From Desulfobacterales bacterium (GTDB taxonomy: Bacteria; Desulfobacterota; Desulfobacteria; Desulfobacterales; UBA2174), in the NCBI GenBank assembly GCA_963668645.2, contig CAXXWC010000022.1, forward strand, positions 81,816 to 145,815: a stretch of 64,000 nucleotides of DNA. The letters are read 5' to 3'. Position numbers and translations under genes: made by a program. The notes below the pieces were generated by a model. The model was not told the DNA's origin. It saw only the letters and a program-made list of their open reading frames with translations, and did no database searches. Below, in pieces: positions 26,487 through 38,183 of the stretch (positions are counted from its first letter, which is position 1; each line of letters begins with the position of its first letter).

Positions 26487-29027
26487 TCATGCCCAGGTGA
26501 TCAGGCCGGGGATAAAGCGCAGCAGTTCATCGCCCCGCGGCACCACCCGGGCGGTGAATCCGTAGCGCCCGGCACTGCCGCAGCGGATGGCGCAGGTGTA
26601 ACGGTGGCGCCCCCCGTCCAGTTGCCCGGCCACCTCCATCGGGGCCACATGGCTGGCCGCCAGGGTTTCGAGGGATTTGATCACGCCGTAGTAAACCTCC
26701 ACGTCAACTTCCTCGGGCCGCAGGCTTCCCAGATTCACCGTGGTGCTCACCTCGAGTTGGTCGCCGACCCGGAAGGGGCCGGCGCTGGAGCTTTCCGGCT
26801 GCGAGACGGTCACCGCATGCCATTCTTTCATCAGGCGCTGGCGCTGCTGGTGGAGTTCCCTGGCCCGCACAGCGCCGTCGGCCAGCAACTGATGGTGGTT
26901 TTGCACCGAAGGTTCGTAAAAACGGGTGTCGTACTGGGCCAGCATCCGATGGGCGCAGAAGCCGGAGATCGCCATTTTCATCGACGCCTTCATCATGGCG
27001 ATCCAGCGGCTGGGCACATCCCCGTTGCGCCGTTCGTAAAAGGTCGGGATCACATCGTTTTCCAGGATGTTGTAAAGGGCCTGGCCCTCCACCAGATCCT
27101 GGTAGCTCTCATCTTCGTAGGTTTCGCCGCTGCCGATGCGCCATCCGCGGTCGTCGCGGAACCCCTCGCACCACCAGCCGTCGAGGATGCTCAGGTTCAG
27201 CACCCCGTTGGCCGCGGCTTTCATCCCGGATGTGCCGCAGGCTTCGTAGGGCCGGCGCGGGGTGTTGAGCCAGATATCGCAGCCCTGCACCAGGTGCCGG
27301 GCCAGGTAGATGTCGTAGTCTTCGATAAAGACCACCCGGTGCCGGATCCGGGGGCGCTGGGCGAACTGGACTATCCGCTGGATCAGGGCCTTGCCCTCGT
27401 TGTCCCGCGGATGGGCCTTGCCGGCGAACAGGAGCTGGATCGGCCGGGTCTGGGAAGTGATCAGGGCTTCGAGGCGATCCGGCTCCTGGAGCAGCAGGGT
27501 GGCGCGCTTGTAGGTGGCGAAGCGGCGCGCGAACCCGATGGTCAGGATCTCCTGGTCGAGGACCGCCTCGGCTTCCTGCATGGCCGCCTTGGGGGCGTTG
27601 CGCTGGCTGTATTGGCGCACCATGAGGCGCCGGCAGGTGCGGATCAGACGCGAGCGGGCCATCTCATGGGCGCGCCACAACTCCTCGTTGTAGATCTGGT
27701 CGATGCGGTTGAAGGTTTCCGGGGCACTGCTGTGCAGGTACCAATCCGGCCCGAGATAGCGCTCGAAGAGGCGGGCGTTGTCCACCGAAATCCACGAGGC
27801 GATGTGCACCCCGTTGGTCACGTGGCCTATGGGCACTTCGTTTTCCGGGCGGCCGGGCCAGATGTGGGTCCACATGCGCCGGGCCGTGGCCCCGTGCAGT
27901 TCACTGACCCCGTTGCAGTACATGGTGTTGCGCATTCCCAGAACGAACATGGAAAGCGGGGAATGAGGCGCCGCCTGGCCCCAGGAAAGGATTTCGTCTA
28001 CCGGGGTCTTGAGCCGCTTTTCAAAAGGGAGCAGATAGGGGCGCACCAGGTCCGGCGGAAATTCGTCGTGCCCGGCGGCCACCGGTGTGTGGGTGGTAAA
28101 GACCGTCGAGCGCGGTATGATTTCCAGGGCGGTGGCCAGATCCACGCCGTGGGTTTCCATCACCTGGGCCAGCCATTCGATGCCGGCAAAGGCGCAGTGG
28201 CCCTCGTTGAGGTGGACCGTGGTGGGCTTGAGGCCCAAGGCGGCCAGGGCCTTGAGCCCGCCGATACCCAGCAGCACCTCCTGGGCCAGGCGCCGCACCG
28301 CCTCCCCGGCGTAGAGCCGGTCGGTGATCTCGCGCAGCGGCGGCGAGTTCTCCGGGACGTTGGTGTCGAGCAGATAGAGCTGGACCCGGCCTACGTCGAC
28401 GCGCCACACGGCGGCATGGATCGTTCCTTCCGGCCCTTCGATCTCGACCGTGACTTCCTGGCCGTCGTCTCCCCTGGCCCGGTTCAGCGGAAGGATGAAC
28501 AGGTCGGTTTCGGGGTAGTTCTCCTGCTGCCAGCCGTTTTGATCGAGGAACTGGTGGAAATAGCCGCGCCGAAAAAGAAGGCCGACCCCGACCAGGGGTA
28601 CCCCCATGTCCGAGGCCGCCTTGAGGTGGTCCCCGGCCAATACCCCCAGGCCGCCGGCGAAGAGGGGGAGGCTTTCGTGGATGCCGAACTCCATCGAAAG
28701 ATAGGCGATCAGGGTGTCTTTGCGATAGCGGGTGAGGGATCTTTCCGTGGGCAGCTCGACTTCGATTTCGAAGAGGCTTTTGACCCGCTCCAGATGGGCC
28801 AGAAACGTTTCGTCGCTGGCCAGCTGTTCCAGCCGGGCCTGGGAGATGCGGGTGGAAAAGGCGATGGGGTTTTCCTGGCATTTGTCCCAGAGCACCGGAT
28901 CGATGCGCCGGAAAAGGGCCATGGCCTCGGTGTTCCAGCACCACCAGAGGTTGCGGGCCAGTTTTTCAAGAAATGACAAAGAGCTGGGGACATTGGGGTA
29001 GACTTGAAAGGTTTGGAAGCGGCTCAT
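26487..29027 (-). CDS. glgP: Alpha-glucan phosphorylase
   Basis: AGGLGVLAGDHLK, FARRFATYKR, EACGTSGMKA. Confidence 0.95.
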   Translation of the reverse strand: MSRFQTFQVYPNVPSSLSFLEKLARNLWWCWNTEAMALFRRIDPVLWDKCQENPIAFSTRISQARLEQLASDETFLAHLERVKSLFEIEVELPTERSLTRYRKDTLIAYLSMEFGIHESLPLFAGGLGVLAGDHLKAASDMGVPLVGVGLLFRRGYFHQFLDQNGWQQENYPETDLFILPLNRARGDDGQEVTVEIEGPEGTIHAAVWRVDVGRVQLYLLDTNVPENSPPLREITDRLYAGEAVRRLAQEVLLGIGGLKALAALGLKPTTVHLNEGHCAFAGIEWLAQVMETHGVDLATALEIIPRSTVFTTHTPVAAGHDEFPPDLVRPYLLPFEKRLKTPVDEILSWGQAAPHSPLSMFVLGMRNTMYCNGVSELHGATARRMWTHIWPGRPENEVPIGHVTNGVHIASWISVDNARLFERYLGPDWYLHSSAPETFNRIDQIYNEELWRAHEMARSRLIRTCRRLMVRQYSQRNAPKAAMQEAEAVLDQEILTIGFARRFATYKRATLLLQEPDRLEALITSQTRPIQLLFAGKAHPRDNEGKALIQRIVQFAQRPRIRHRVVFIEDYDIYLARHLVQGCDIWLNTPRRPYEACGTSGMKAAANGVLNLSILDGWWCEGFRDDRGWRIGSGETYEDESYQDLVEGQALYNILENDVIPTFYERRNGDVPSRWIAMMKASMKMAISGFCAHRMLAQYDTRFYEPSVQNHHQLLADGAVRARELHQQRQRLMKEWHAVTVSQPESSSAGPFRVGDQLEVSTTVNLGSLRPEEVDVEVYYGVIKSLETLAASHVAPMEVAGQLDGGRHRYTCAIRCGSAGRYGFTARVVPRGDELLRFIPGLITWA

Positions 29028-29287
29028 GGAAGCGGTTTGTCCTTGTGTCTGTAGAAGAATACCGGTCGCCGGTGGCGGATGCAGGTGCGATGGTACGGAA
29101 GGTGCTCAGTAAGGGTTCAAATGGATTTGCGGTATTTTTCCTAAAAAAAATTGACGGCGTCGCCACCCGTTAACGGCCGTGCTGATCTAAACCTCCTATA
29201 CAACGCCGCCCGCCGGGTGGCAAGGGGGGGCGGGGGGCAGGCAGCAATCCCCGGTGAACCCAAAAATAGATCGGCCGGTCCTTCTTT

Positions 29288-32200
29288 TCACCCGCTTGAT
29301 TCCGGGTTGAGCACCCGCCAGACCCGCAGCAGTTCGCTCACCCCCCATGCCTGGGCATCGCAGCCGCGGGGCGTATGGGGGGCGTCGCCATCCAGGATCT
29401 CGGGAATCTGTCCCAGGCAGCCGCTTTCCATCAGGCGCAGGCCGCTTTCGAGCCAGGCCCGGGCCGTGGCCGTGCCCGCCGGCCCCAGGGCTGCTGCCCA
29501 GGCCTCGCAAAAGACGGGAAACATCCAGGTCCAGGCGGTCCCGTTGTGATAGGCCGGTTTGCGCCGCCGGTCTTCGTCGCCCAGATAGCGTCCCTGGTAG
29601 GGGTGGCGGGGATCGTTGAGCAGTTCTCCGTTGTGCATCACGGCCAGGGGACGGTTCACCGGCCGGTCGGCCAGGCTGCGGATGGCCCCGGGGACGAGCA
29701 GTTCGCGGCAGGCCAGGACCGTGGGCACGGTGATGGCCGGATCGGCCGAGGCGCCCAGGGTCAGCGCCAGAAGCTGGTTGGGCCGCAGGGCGTCGTCCGC
29801 TTCGGCCTTGCGGGCCGGGGTTCCGGGGGCCGCGTGGCGGCAGTCGACGAAATGGCCCAGGGCCGGGTCCCAGAACAACTCTTCCACAGACCGGGCCACC
29901 TGGTGCGCCAGCCTCTGCCAGCCCCGGGCGTTTTGGGTATCCACGGCCGCCAGCAGCGCCAGGGAGGCCTGCCAGAGGGCCTGGATCTCGATGGGATAGC
30001 CTTGCCGGGGAGAAGCGGCCGGGTGGTTGGTGTCCATCCAGGTAAAATGGGCCGGGCTGAAGAGCAGGCCGCTTTCCGGATCCATGGTCACCCCGTTGGG
30101 GGCCCCGGCGCATAGGCCGCCGCCCAGGTCTGCCAGGACGCGGCCCAGGGGGCGCCCGTCGCAGTCGGCCTCCAGCAGGTCCGCCGTTCCGGCGGCCTTG
30201 AGAAAATCCCGGCAGGCCACGCAGAACCAGAGCGGGGCATCCGAGGTGTTGCGGTCGGCCGCATCCCGGCCCCGGATCATGTTGGGCAGGGTACCGTCCT
30301 TTTCGAAGCGGGCGAACTGGATCAGGATGTCGCGCGCCACGGCCAGGCGGCCGTCGGCGATCAGGCCGCGCACCACGATGAGGGTGTCCCGGCCCCAGTC
30401 GAGAAACCAGGGATAGCCGGCAATGATCGTCCGGTGCCGGTCGCGGCGCACCACGTAATGGTCCAGGGCCCGGGCGAGAAGGACGAGCGGCTCCGGCGGT
30501 GCGGGCGGATCGAGGTCCACCGCTGCGGCGGCCCCGGCCGGTTTTCCGTTTTCGGTGGAAGCCTCCAGCACGGCCCGGTCCCCGCCTTTGAGCAGGACGC
30601 GAAAATAGCCCGGGCTGAAAAGATCCGAGTCCGGGTCCATCCCCCGCTCAGCCTCCAGCGGGCGGTGGACCATGTAGCGCCACTCCGGCTCGGGGCAGAA
30701 GCGTCCCCCCGTCAGGCTGACTTTCAGCTTCCTTGCCGGGTCGGGGGCGAAGTGAAACCCTTCGGCCATCGGGATCACGGCCCCCGGCCAGTGTTGCTCC
30801 GGTCCGGTGTAGGCTTTGGTCAGCTCGTGAAAGCTGCGGTTTTCGATGTCGGGGCGTACGATGAGCTGGACGGCAAGCGTATCGGCCAACCGATCCGCTG
30901 CTTGCCGGCTTGCCGGCCGCTCGAAGGTCAGGGCGATGGTGTTGCGCCCGGCTTCCATCTCGGCGCGTATTGCCAGCTCCAGATGCTGCCCCTGGCCCGC
31001 CGGTGCGGTAAAGTGCCAGCAGGGCCGCCCGGCGGTGTCGAGAAAAAAGCGTTCCAGACAATCCAGGGTCAGCTCGGTGGAATAGCCCTGGAACACGATC
31101 CAGGCCCGGCAGCGGGTCAGCATGATCCAGCGGTCCACCGGCACGGTCTCGTCCGGGTTGGCGGCCAGCAGGGCGTCGTACTTGCTGTCGAGGCGTCCCC
31201 AGGCCGCCGCGGCGCGCAGCATCCCGCCGCGTCCGTTGGTCAGCAGGCCCAGCAGCGGGGCCCCCGGCCGCGGCCCGGCCGAAGGACTGGCGGATTGCGT
31301 GCCGGCCCGGGGGCGGCAAAAAGAGCAGCGGTCCATGGCTGCGCCGTTGCTGGGGGCCGGCATCGAAGACGGCTATGGCCAGTTCGCGCAAGGTCCAGCT
31401 TTCCACCGGGGGCAGCGGTTTGAGCAGGGCGAAAAATCCGCCGCCGCTCAGGGGCAGGCTGTCTTCGGCTGCCAGGGTGCGCTCTTTTTCCACCAGATGG
31501 ACCCTGAAGCGCCGTTCGGAGCGCACCAGGATGAAATGGTCCGGGGGGATCATCACCTGGCGTTTCAGGTCCCGGGGCCATTGCCAGACCGTCACGGCCG
31601 GCACCGGTGGACGGGCCGGGTCGAGGCGGGCGCACAGGGCTTCGGGATCGGCCTGCAGCCGGCTCACATGGTCCTCGGGCCGGAAGTCGCCCAGGTCCCC
31701 GTCGCCGTGGAAGTGGCGCCGGATGCGCAGCACCACGGCCCGCAGGCGCTGGTCGAGGACCCGCAGCGGGGTACGCCGATCGGCTTGCGGGGGGTGGCTG
31801 ATGATTTCCAGGTCCTCCGGCCGGCGGCCCAGGCAGCGTACCCGGCCCGGCTCCAGGGCGCAGGCGTGCTCGCCGTCGCGGGTCTCCACCGCCACCGGCG
31901 CGCCCTCGAGCAGGTCGACCCATGTCCCGGACGGGATATCGGCGTGCCACCGGGCCGTGGCCGGTTGCCGGTCGTCGAGGTTGGCGGCGATCCAGATGCG
32001 GTCTCCGGTGGGGATGTGGCGCCGTTCCACCACCAGGTGGTTGCCCTGGCCGGTCTGCACCAGGCGCTGCCGGATGCGGTCGTGAAAGAGGGGATGGCGG
32101 CGCAGCAGGGTATGCAACCGGACCAGGTGATCGACCAGGTTGGGTTCGGCCCCCCAGTTGAGGCTCGGGGCCCCGTGAACGTCGATTTTTTCCGTGGCCA

Positions 32201-33560
32201 GCCATTCGACCCCGTTGGCAAAGGCGAACCCGCCCTGATGGGACACCAGGGCGCACAGGGCCGTGCGCAGGCGGGCAAAGGCGTGGGACCGGGCCGCCAG
32301 GCGGTTGTTGTCGTGGGTTTCGGCGAAGTGGACCAGGCTCCCGTCGTCTTCGGCGATCCGGTCGGCCGGGGGCAGGTAGTATTCGATCTGGCCCCGGTCG
32401 TAGTTCTGGAACAGTTCCGAATAGGCCCAGTTGAAGTTGGCCTCGCGCAGCAGGGCGCGGGTCACCGAGACCTTGCCGCCCAGCCCCTCGAGGAAAAAGA
32501 CGGTGTGGGGAAACTGCTCGCGCACCGCGGCGATGATATAGCGCCAGGCTTCCAGGGGAATCATGTAGCCCGCATCGCAGCGGAATCCGTCCACCCCGCG
32601 GCGGCACCAGGTGAGAAAGACCTCGGCCATGTAGCGCCACAGATCGCGCCGCTGGTAATCGAGCCGGGTCAGGTCGGCCCAGACCACCCCCCAGGCCCCG
32701 GGGGTTTCGATGCGCCCGGACGGATCGCGCACCAGCCATTCGGGATGTTCGCCGTGCAGCCGGGCGGCCCAGCCGGTATGGTTGATGGCGATGTCGAGCA
32801 GCAGGCGCCCCTCGTGGCCGTGGACGGCGTCCACCAGTTCGAGGAACTGTTCCAGGGGGGTGGCCGCCGGGTCGAAGACCGCCAGGGCTGGATCGACCTC
32901 GGTGAAACTCAGGGCCGCGTAGGGGCTGCCGAAGCGGCCCATGCGGGCGTAGGTGGTGGGGGTGGGGTGGATCGGCAGCAGTTGCAGGATGCGGCACCCG
33001 AGCCGGTCGAAGATAAAATCGAGGTGGGCGATGAGGTCCCGGAAGGTGCCCGATGGCGGAATGACGGTAAAGCCGGTGCGGTCCAGGGCCTCGATCGCCC
33101 CCGGATCGCCCATGGCGCCTTTTCCCTCGCGGTTCGGCCCGAACTGGCGCACGAAGGCGTTGTAAATGATGTTGGCGCAGCAGGTGTCGGCCGGTTCGAC
33201 CTTGATGGCCACATTTTCGCCCGGCGGCCAGACCGGTTCTTCGCCGGGGGCCGGCAGGAAGAAACACTTGGCCTCGAACTGGCCGATCTCCACCAGGGGC
33301 AAGCGGGCCTCGAAGGTCAGCGCATCGCAGCGGCGCATGGCCACATCGTACCAGTCATGCCCGGCAAAAGGCCGGTGGGCCTCCACCGACGCGATGATTT
33401 CCCGGCGGCGGGCCGCAGCATAACCGATGTTGGTCCGCACCCGGGCCGTACCCTGCATGGGGTGGGGCAGTTTGAGGGTCAGGGTCAGGACATCGCCGGC
33501 AAAGCGGATCAGGTGGCGTCCGGGCGGCGGCTGCTGGATCAGGGTTTCCAAGTGGGTCAT
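29288..33560 (-). CDS. Large glycogen debranching enzyme (GH13 domain + amylo-alpha-1,6-glucosidase), one frameshift near 31270
   Basis: GSPYA, NHTGW and DGFRCDAGY in 30648-33560; LLTNGRGG, IAGYPWFLDWGRDT, TWMDT and YHNGTAW in 29288-31363. Confidence 0.85.
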
Positions 33561-33652
33561 AAGAGTGCCAACTGCCGGTTGCAGGTTTGTCAGGCAGGCC
33601 GGACCGATCCGGCAAGTCCGGCTCCAGCGCTCCAGCCTTCAAATTCAGGCCG

Positions 33653-34936
33653 TCAGGCTTCCATCCCGAAAAAGTTGGTCATCAGGTAGCTGAGGTGCTT
33701 GCGCAGCACGGCGAAGGAAAAGTGCCGCGCCGCCACCGCGTAGTTGGTTTCCACCATGCGCCGCCGGCGCTCGGGATCCATGAGTATTTCACGCACCATG
33801 TCCACGTTGCGCCGGGTGAGAAATCCGTCCATGGTCACCAGGTCGAATCCGGCCGGCTCGATGTCCCGCACGAAGTTGGCATAGCGGTTGACCAGCAGTG
33901 GTTTGTGAAAGTAGACGGCTTCGAGAAAGGCGTTGCCAAAACCCTCGTAGAGGCTCGGATAGGTGATGAAATCCGCATGGGGATACAGCTCCCAGAGGCT
34001 GAGCCCGTTGCCGTTGTTGTGGCTGCCGGCGCCGTTGGAGCACGGATCGCTGACGCTGGTCTTGACCAGGCGCAGGTCCACGCCGCTGGTGCGGGCGTGC
34101 TCTTCGAGCCAGTCACGGTACTCGTAGCCTTCGTCGCCCGCTTCGTGGGAGATGACCAGCTTGCAGCGCGGGTCGGCCAGTTCGCGCAGCAGTTCGATGG
34201 CGTGTTCGATCCCCTTGCGCTGGACGATGCGGGTGGGCTGGACAAAGACGATGTCCTCGGGGCCGAGATTCAACGAGGCGCGCATCCGCTCGCCGGAAGC
34301 GGTGCAGATCGCCGGCGGATGCTCGAAGTCGACCACGTTGGGGATCACGGTGGAACTGACGCCGGCGCGCAGGGCCAGCTCCTCCTGGGCCGCGGAATTG
34401 ATGGTCACGTGGGCGATGTTGGGCAGGTTGGGCGGAAAGGCCATGCGGATGTAATCGGCCACCGCGTTGACCAGGAAACGGGTGCGCTCCCAGTAAAAAT
34501 CGTGGTGGTGGGCGATGGTGGGCACCTGGGTTTCGGCCAGCAGTTCGGTCAGGGCCACGCCCAGGGGGATCTGCATCGGAATGGTGAGCACGTTCTGGGG
34601 GATGAGCAGGTCGATGGAAAAACGTTCCATGAACGCGCGCAGGCGCTCTTTGAGCAGGGCCGCCATCCCATGGATCCGGTCGGTGACCTCGGGCTCGCGC
34701 CGTTTGCGGCCGAAGACCCGCTGCGAGATCCAGCGGTTGTCCGGATCGCGGAAGTGGGCCTCGGGCACCAGGAGGCTGGAGTCCGGGTCCCGGTCGAGTT
34801 CCCCGGCGAACCAGAAGCAACGGTGGCCGGCGGCGCTGAGGACCGCGGCCCATTTGCTCGCTTCCAGGGTGACCCCGTCGGTGCCGCAAAAGCGCGTCGA
34901 GACGAATCCGATGTTCTTGCCCATGGTCTTTACCAT
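33653..34936 (-). CDS. GT4 glycosyltransferase (mannosylglucosylglycerate-synthase-like)
   Basis: GTDGVTLE, HHHDFYWER, YPSLYEGFGNAFLEA. Confidence 0.85.
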   Translation of the reverse strand: MVKTMGKNIGFVSTRFCGTDGVTLEASKWAAVLSAAGHRCFWFAGELDRDPDSSLLVPEAHFRDPDNRWISQRVFGRKRREPEVTDRIHGMAALLKERLRAFMERFSIDLLIPQNVLTIPMQIPLGVALTELLAETQVPTIAHHHDFYWERTRFLVNAVADYIRMAFPPNLPNIAHVTINSAAQEELALRAGVSSTVIPNVVDFEHPPAICTASGERMRASLNLGPEDIVFVQPTRIVQRKGIEHAIELLRELADPRCKLVISHEAGDEGYEYRDWLEEHARTSGVDLRLVKTSVSDPCSNGAGSHNNGNGLSLWELYPHADFITYPSLYEGFGNAFLEAVYFHKPLLVNRYANFVRDIEPAGFDLVTMDGFLTRRNVDMVREILMDPERRRRMVETNYAVAARHFSFAVLRKHLSYLMTNFFGMEA

Positions 34937-34962
34937 GTGTTCGGTCTGAAAAAATGCAAGTT

Positions 34963-36351
34963 TCAGATCTCGAATACGAGATCCTGTGCGATCACCGCTT
35001 CTTTGGGGATCACGGCCTGCCGGGCGCCGCGGTTGGAGATGGCGACCCGCCCGAGGATGCGCACCCCGGGCTCGAAGCGTACATCGCCTGTGACCGTCAG
35101 GCTTTCGCAGTCTTTCAGCGACGGCTCGCCCCCTACGGGAATGCGGGCGTTAAAATCTTCGCGATGGGCGAAAAAGTGCGGATCGAGCCGGATCTGGATC
35201 GTGTCCAGGGTTCTTTCGGGATTGGGGATCAGGCGCTGGCGCGGGGAAAAGAGGTAGCAGTCGCTGCGCACGGCCAGCAGCTCGTTGCTCGATTTGACGG
35301 GGATAAAGCGCGCCCGCGGGACCCTCACTGCCGCAGCGCCGTCGAAAAGACCGATGGCGGCGCCCATGGCCGTCTCGATTTGATAAACGGACGGACTCTG
35401 GGGATCGCGCGGATCGAGGGTTTTGGGGTTGCGGATCATGGGCAGGGTCACGCGGCCCCGCCGGCGGATCAGCGTTTTGAGGGCCTCGATGTTGACCCAG
35501 ATGTTGTTGGTGTTGAAAAAGCGATAGTGCCGGATGTCGGTAAACGCGTCCATTTCCCCGGCCGGACATTGGGCCGACTCGCGCAGGATCAACCGGCCGC
35601 TGCGGTGCCGGGCGATGTGGCCCCCCTTGACGTCCGAGGGCGTCTTGACGGCCACCTCCATCATGAACGGAAGCTGCCGGGTGGCGAAGTAGCCGAGCAG
35701 ATTTTCGTTCATGGTGGCACCCAGGTTGTCCACGTTGCGGATCAGGGCGTAGCGGATCCCCTCATCTAGCAGGCGCCGGAGCACCCCCGAAACCCAAAGG
35801 GCCATGAACACGTCGCCGTGGCCCGGCGGGTTCCACTCCAGATGCGGATCGGCCGGCCATTCGGCCGGCGCCAGGCTGTCTTGCAGAACCTTGGGGTACT
35901 TGTGCTGCAGGAAGGTCAGGGGCATCCGGGCCGGGGCGATCCTTTCCAGGGCGGCCCGGGTGTCCTCGTCGGTGTTGAAACTGTTCATCAGCGCCAGGCG
36001 TACCTGGTTGTGGGTCGCCTGGCGCATGATGATCTCCAGAAACGTCAACCCGTCCTTGACCCGCATCAACGATTTGGCCCGGGTCAGACCCATGGTGGTC
36101 CCCAGCCCGCCGTTGAGCACGATCATCACCGCCCGGGGCAAAGCCTGCACACCGGCCTGGTGATATTCGCCCAGTTCCTCGAAGGCCGCGATCTCCTCTT
36201 CGGCCACCGGTCGGATCGTATCGTCGGGGATCAGTCCGGTTTGGCCCTCCACCAGCTGGCGGTAATAGTCACTGAAGGTAGCGATAATCTCTCGGGGCAG
36301 ATTCTCCCGGGCCATTCTGGTTTCGAAGGCCCTCAGACGCGCTTCCGGCAT
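34963..36351 (-). CDS. UTP--glucose-1-phosphate uridylyltransferase, eukaryote-type UDPGP family
   Basis: LNGGLGTTMG..AKS, MNSFNT, WNPPGHGD, NVDNLGA, FNTNNIW, QIETAMG. Confidence 0.92.
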   Translation of the reverse strand: MPEARLRAFETRMARENLPREIIATFSDYYRQLVEGQTGLIPDDTIRPVAEEEIAAFEELGEYHQAGVQALPRAVMIVLNGGLGTTMGLTRAKSLMRVKDGLTFLEIIMRQATHNQVRLALMNSFNTDEDTRAALERIAPARMPLTFLQHKYPKVLQDSLAPAEWPADPHLEWNPPGHGDVFMALWVSGVLRRLLDEGIRYALIRNVDNLGATMNENLLGYFATRQLPFMMEVAVKTPSDVKGGHIARHRSGRLILRESAQCPAGEMDAFTDIRHYRFFNTNNIWVNIEALKTLIRRRGRVTLPMIRNPKTLDPRDPQSPSVYQIETAMGAAIGLFDGAAAVRVPRARFIPVKSSNELLAVRSDCYLFSPRQRLIPNPERTLDTIQIRLDPHFFAHREDFNARIPVGGEPSLKDCESLTVTGDVRFEPGVRILGRVAISNRGARQAVIPKEAVIAQDLVFEI

Positions 36352-36391
36352 TTCGATTCCTCTTCGGGCTGGGCGGTGGGATGGGGCCGGA

Positions 36392-37453
36392 TCAGACCGG
36401 TTCGATCCATCCCAGGGGGTCGGGGCTGCGACCGTATTGAATGTCCACCAGTTCCTGGTAGAGCCGCTGGCTCAAGGGGCCAACGCCGCCGTCGCCCACC
36501 TTCAATATCCGGTCGCCGTACTTGAGTTCTCCCACCGGTGAGACCACCGCCGCCGTTCCGGAACCGAAGATTTCCTTCAGGTTGCCGGCATCATGGGCCG
36601 CCACGACCTCGTCGATGCTGATCTTTCGCTCCTCTGCCGGGATGCCCCAGTGGCGTGCCATGGCCAGGACCGAATCGCGGGTTACGCCCGGCAGGATGCT
36701 GCCGTTGAGGGCCGGAGTGACCAGGGTGTCGCCGATGACGAAGAAGATGTTCATCGAGCCGACTTCTTCGACGTATTTTTGTTCGACCCCGTCGAGCCAC
36801 AGCACCTGGGTGTAGCCCGCACGGTGGGCTTCCTCGCCGGCCAGGAGGCTGGCGGCGTAGTTGCCTGCGGTCTTGGCCTCGCCGATCCCGCCGCGCACGG
36901 CCCGCACGTGATCGCGGGTGACCCAGATCTTGATCGGGTTGAAGCCCTCGGCGTAGTAGGCACCCACCGGCGAGAGGATCACGAAGTAGCGATACGTGTG
37001 CGAGGCGCGCACCCCGAGGAAGGGGTCGACGGCGATGAGGGTGGGCCGGATGTAGAGCGAGGTGCCCGGTTGCCGCGGAACCCAGTCCGCATCGACGCGC
37101 AGCAGTTCTTTCAAGCTTTCGAGGACCATGCCGGCATCCAGGGGCGGAATGCACAGGCGCCGGGCCGATCGGTTGAGCCGCTCGATGTTGGCCTGTGGCC
37201 TGAAAAGCTGGATCTTGCCCTCGGGGTTGCGGTAGGCCTTGAGCCCCTCGAAGATCGTCTGGCCGTAATGGAGCACCATGGCCGCGGGCGACATGGGGAT
37301 GGAGGCGTAGGGCTCGATGCGCGGGTCGTGCCAGCCCCGGTTTGGATCGTAGTCCAGGTTGAGCATGTGATCGGTGAAGATGGTGCCGAAACCGAGACGG
37401 GTCTCGTCGGGTTTCGCCTTGGGTTGGGTTGCGCGCGTGACTTTGATCTGCAT
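36392..37453 (-). CDS. ilvE: Branched-chain amino acid aminotransferase
   Basis: LHYGQTIFEGLKAY, AKTAGNYAAS, EEVGSMN, ILPGVTR. Confidence 0.95.
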   Translation of the reverse strand: MQIKVTRATQPKAKPDETRLGFGTIFTDHMLNLDYDPNRGWHDPRIEPYASIPMSPAAMVLHYGQTIFEGLKAYRNPEGKIQLFRPQANIERLNRSARRLCIPPLDAGMVLESLKELLRVDADWVPRQPGTSLYIRPTLIAVDPFLGVRASHTYRYFVILSPVGAYYAEGFNPIKIWVTRDHVRAVRGGIGEAKTAGNYAASLLAGEEAHRAGYTQVLWLDGVEQKYVEEVGSMNIFFVIGDTLVTPALNGSILPGVTRDSVLAMARHWGIPAEERKISIDEVVAAHDAGNLKEIFGSGTAAVVSPVGELKYGDRILKVGDGGVGPLSQRLYQELVDIQYGRSPDPLGWIEPV

Positions 37454-37501
37454 TGGACCTCCTAAAAACGATGATGTTGTGACGCCGCGGCGTAAAATCT
37501 G

Positions 37502-37960
37502 TCACGGTGTGTCGAATGAAAACGGCGCTTTCCAAACGGGCAATCCGGTCACCGGATCGATGGATCTTGCCGGCACGGGATCCCGGTATTCCGTCAGCAT
37601 CGCTTCGGCGCGGCGGGTCGCAGATGGGCTGAACAGCCGCCCTCCGGCCAGGACGCCTTCCAGATCGCCGACCAGAATCCTGGCGTCGGCCACCGTTTCC
37701 CGGGGACCGATACGGATGGTCCCCTCGCAGCTGACGATATCCAGTTCGCCTTCGATCTGATGGGTGACGAAAACCTGCTGGCTTGAATCGTAGCTGCCTA
37801 GGATGACGGACGCGAGGGTGCCGGCGGCCCGGAAATCCGCCATAACCACGCCCTGTTGGCGGCAAAATCGCGCGATGGCATCCATCAGGTCCTCGCCCGT
37901 GGGCAGGGGGACGATGTAATGGCGTCCGGGGTGAAGTTCGATGCCGTCGATGCGTGCCAT
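37502..37960 (-). CDS. PPC/DUF296 domain protein
   Basis: LPTGEDLMDAI, IVSCEGTI, LAGGRL; start approximate. Confidence 0.75.
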   Translation of the reverse strand: MARIDGIELHPGRHYIVPLPTGEDLMDAIARFCRQQGVVMADFRAAGTLASVILGSYDSSQQVFVTHQIEGELDIVSCEGTIRIGPRETVADARILVGDLEGVLAGGRLFSPSATRRAEAMLTEYRDPVPARSIDPVTGLPVWKAPFSFDTP

Positions 37961-38183
37961 GGCGAAGATCCTGTTTCTGGAGGCCCGCAAAAATGAAAAG
38001 CTCCTGACAATACTGCCGAAAAAACCTATCGCAGATCAAGGCGGGAAATCAAGCTGCAAATGCCGCAGCATGCTGTATAAGCCGGCCGGGGTACGGGTTT
38101 TGTCCGCGCAAAACGGTCGTCCCCATCACGGCTTACAACGAAAGTGTTGCACAACACTCCTGTTGTAAAGTGCTCCGCCGCCG

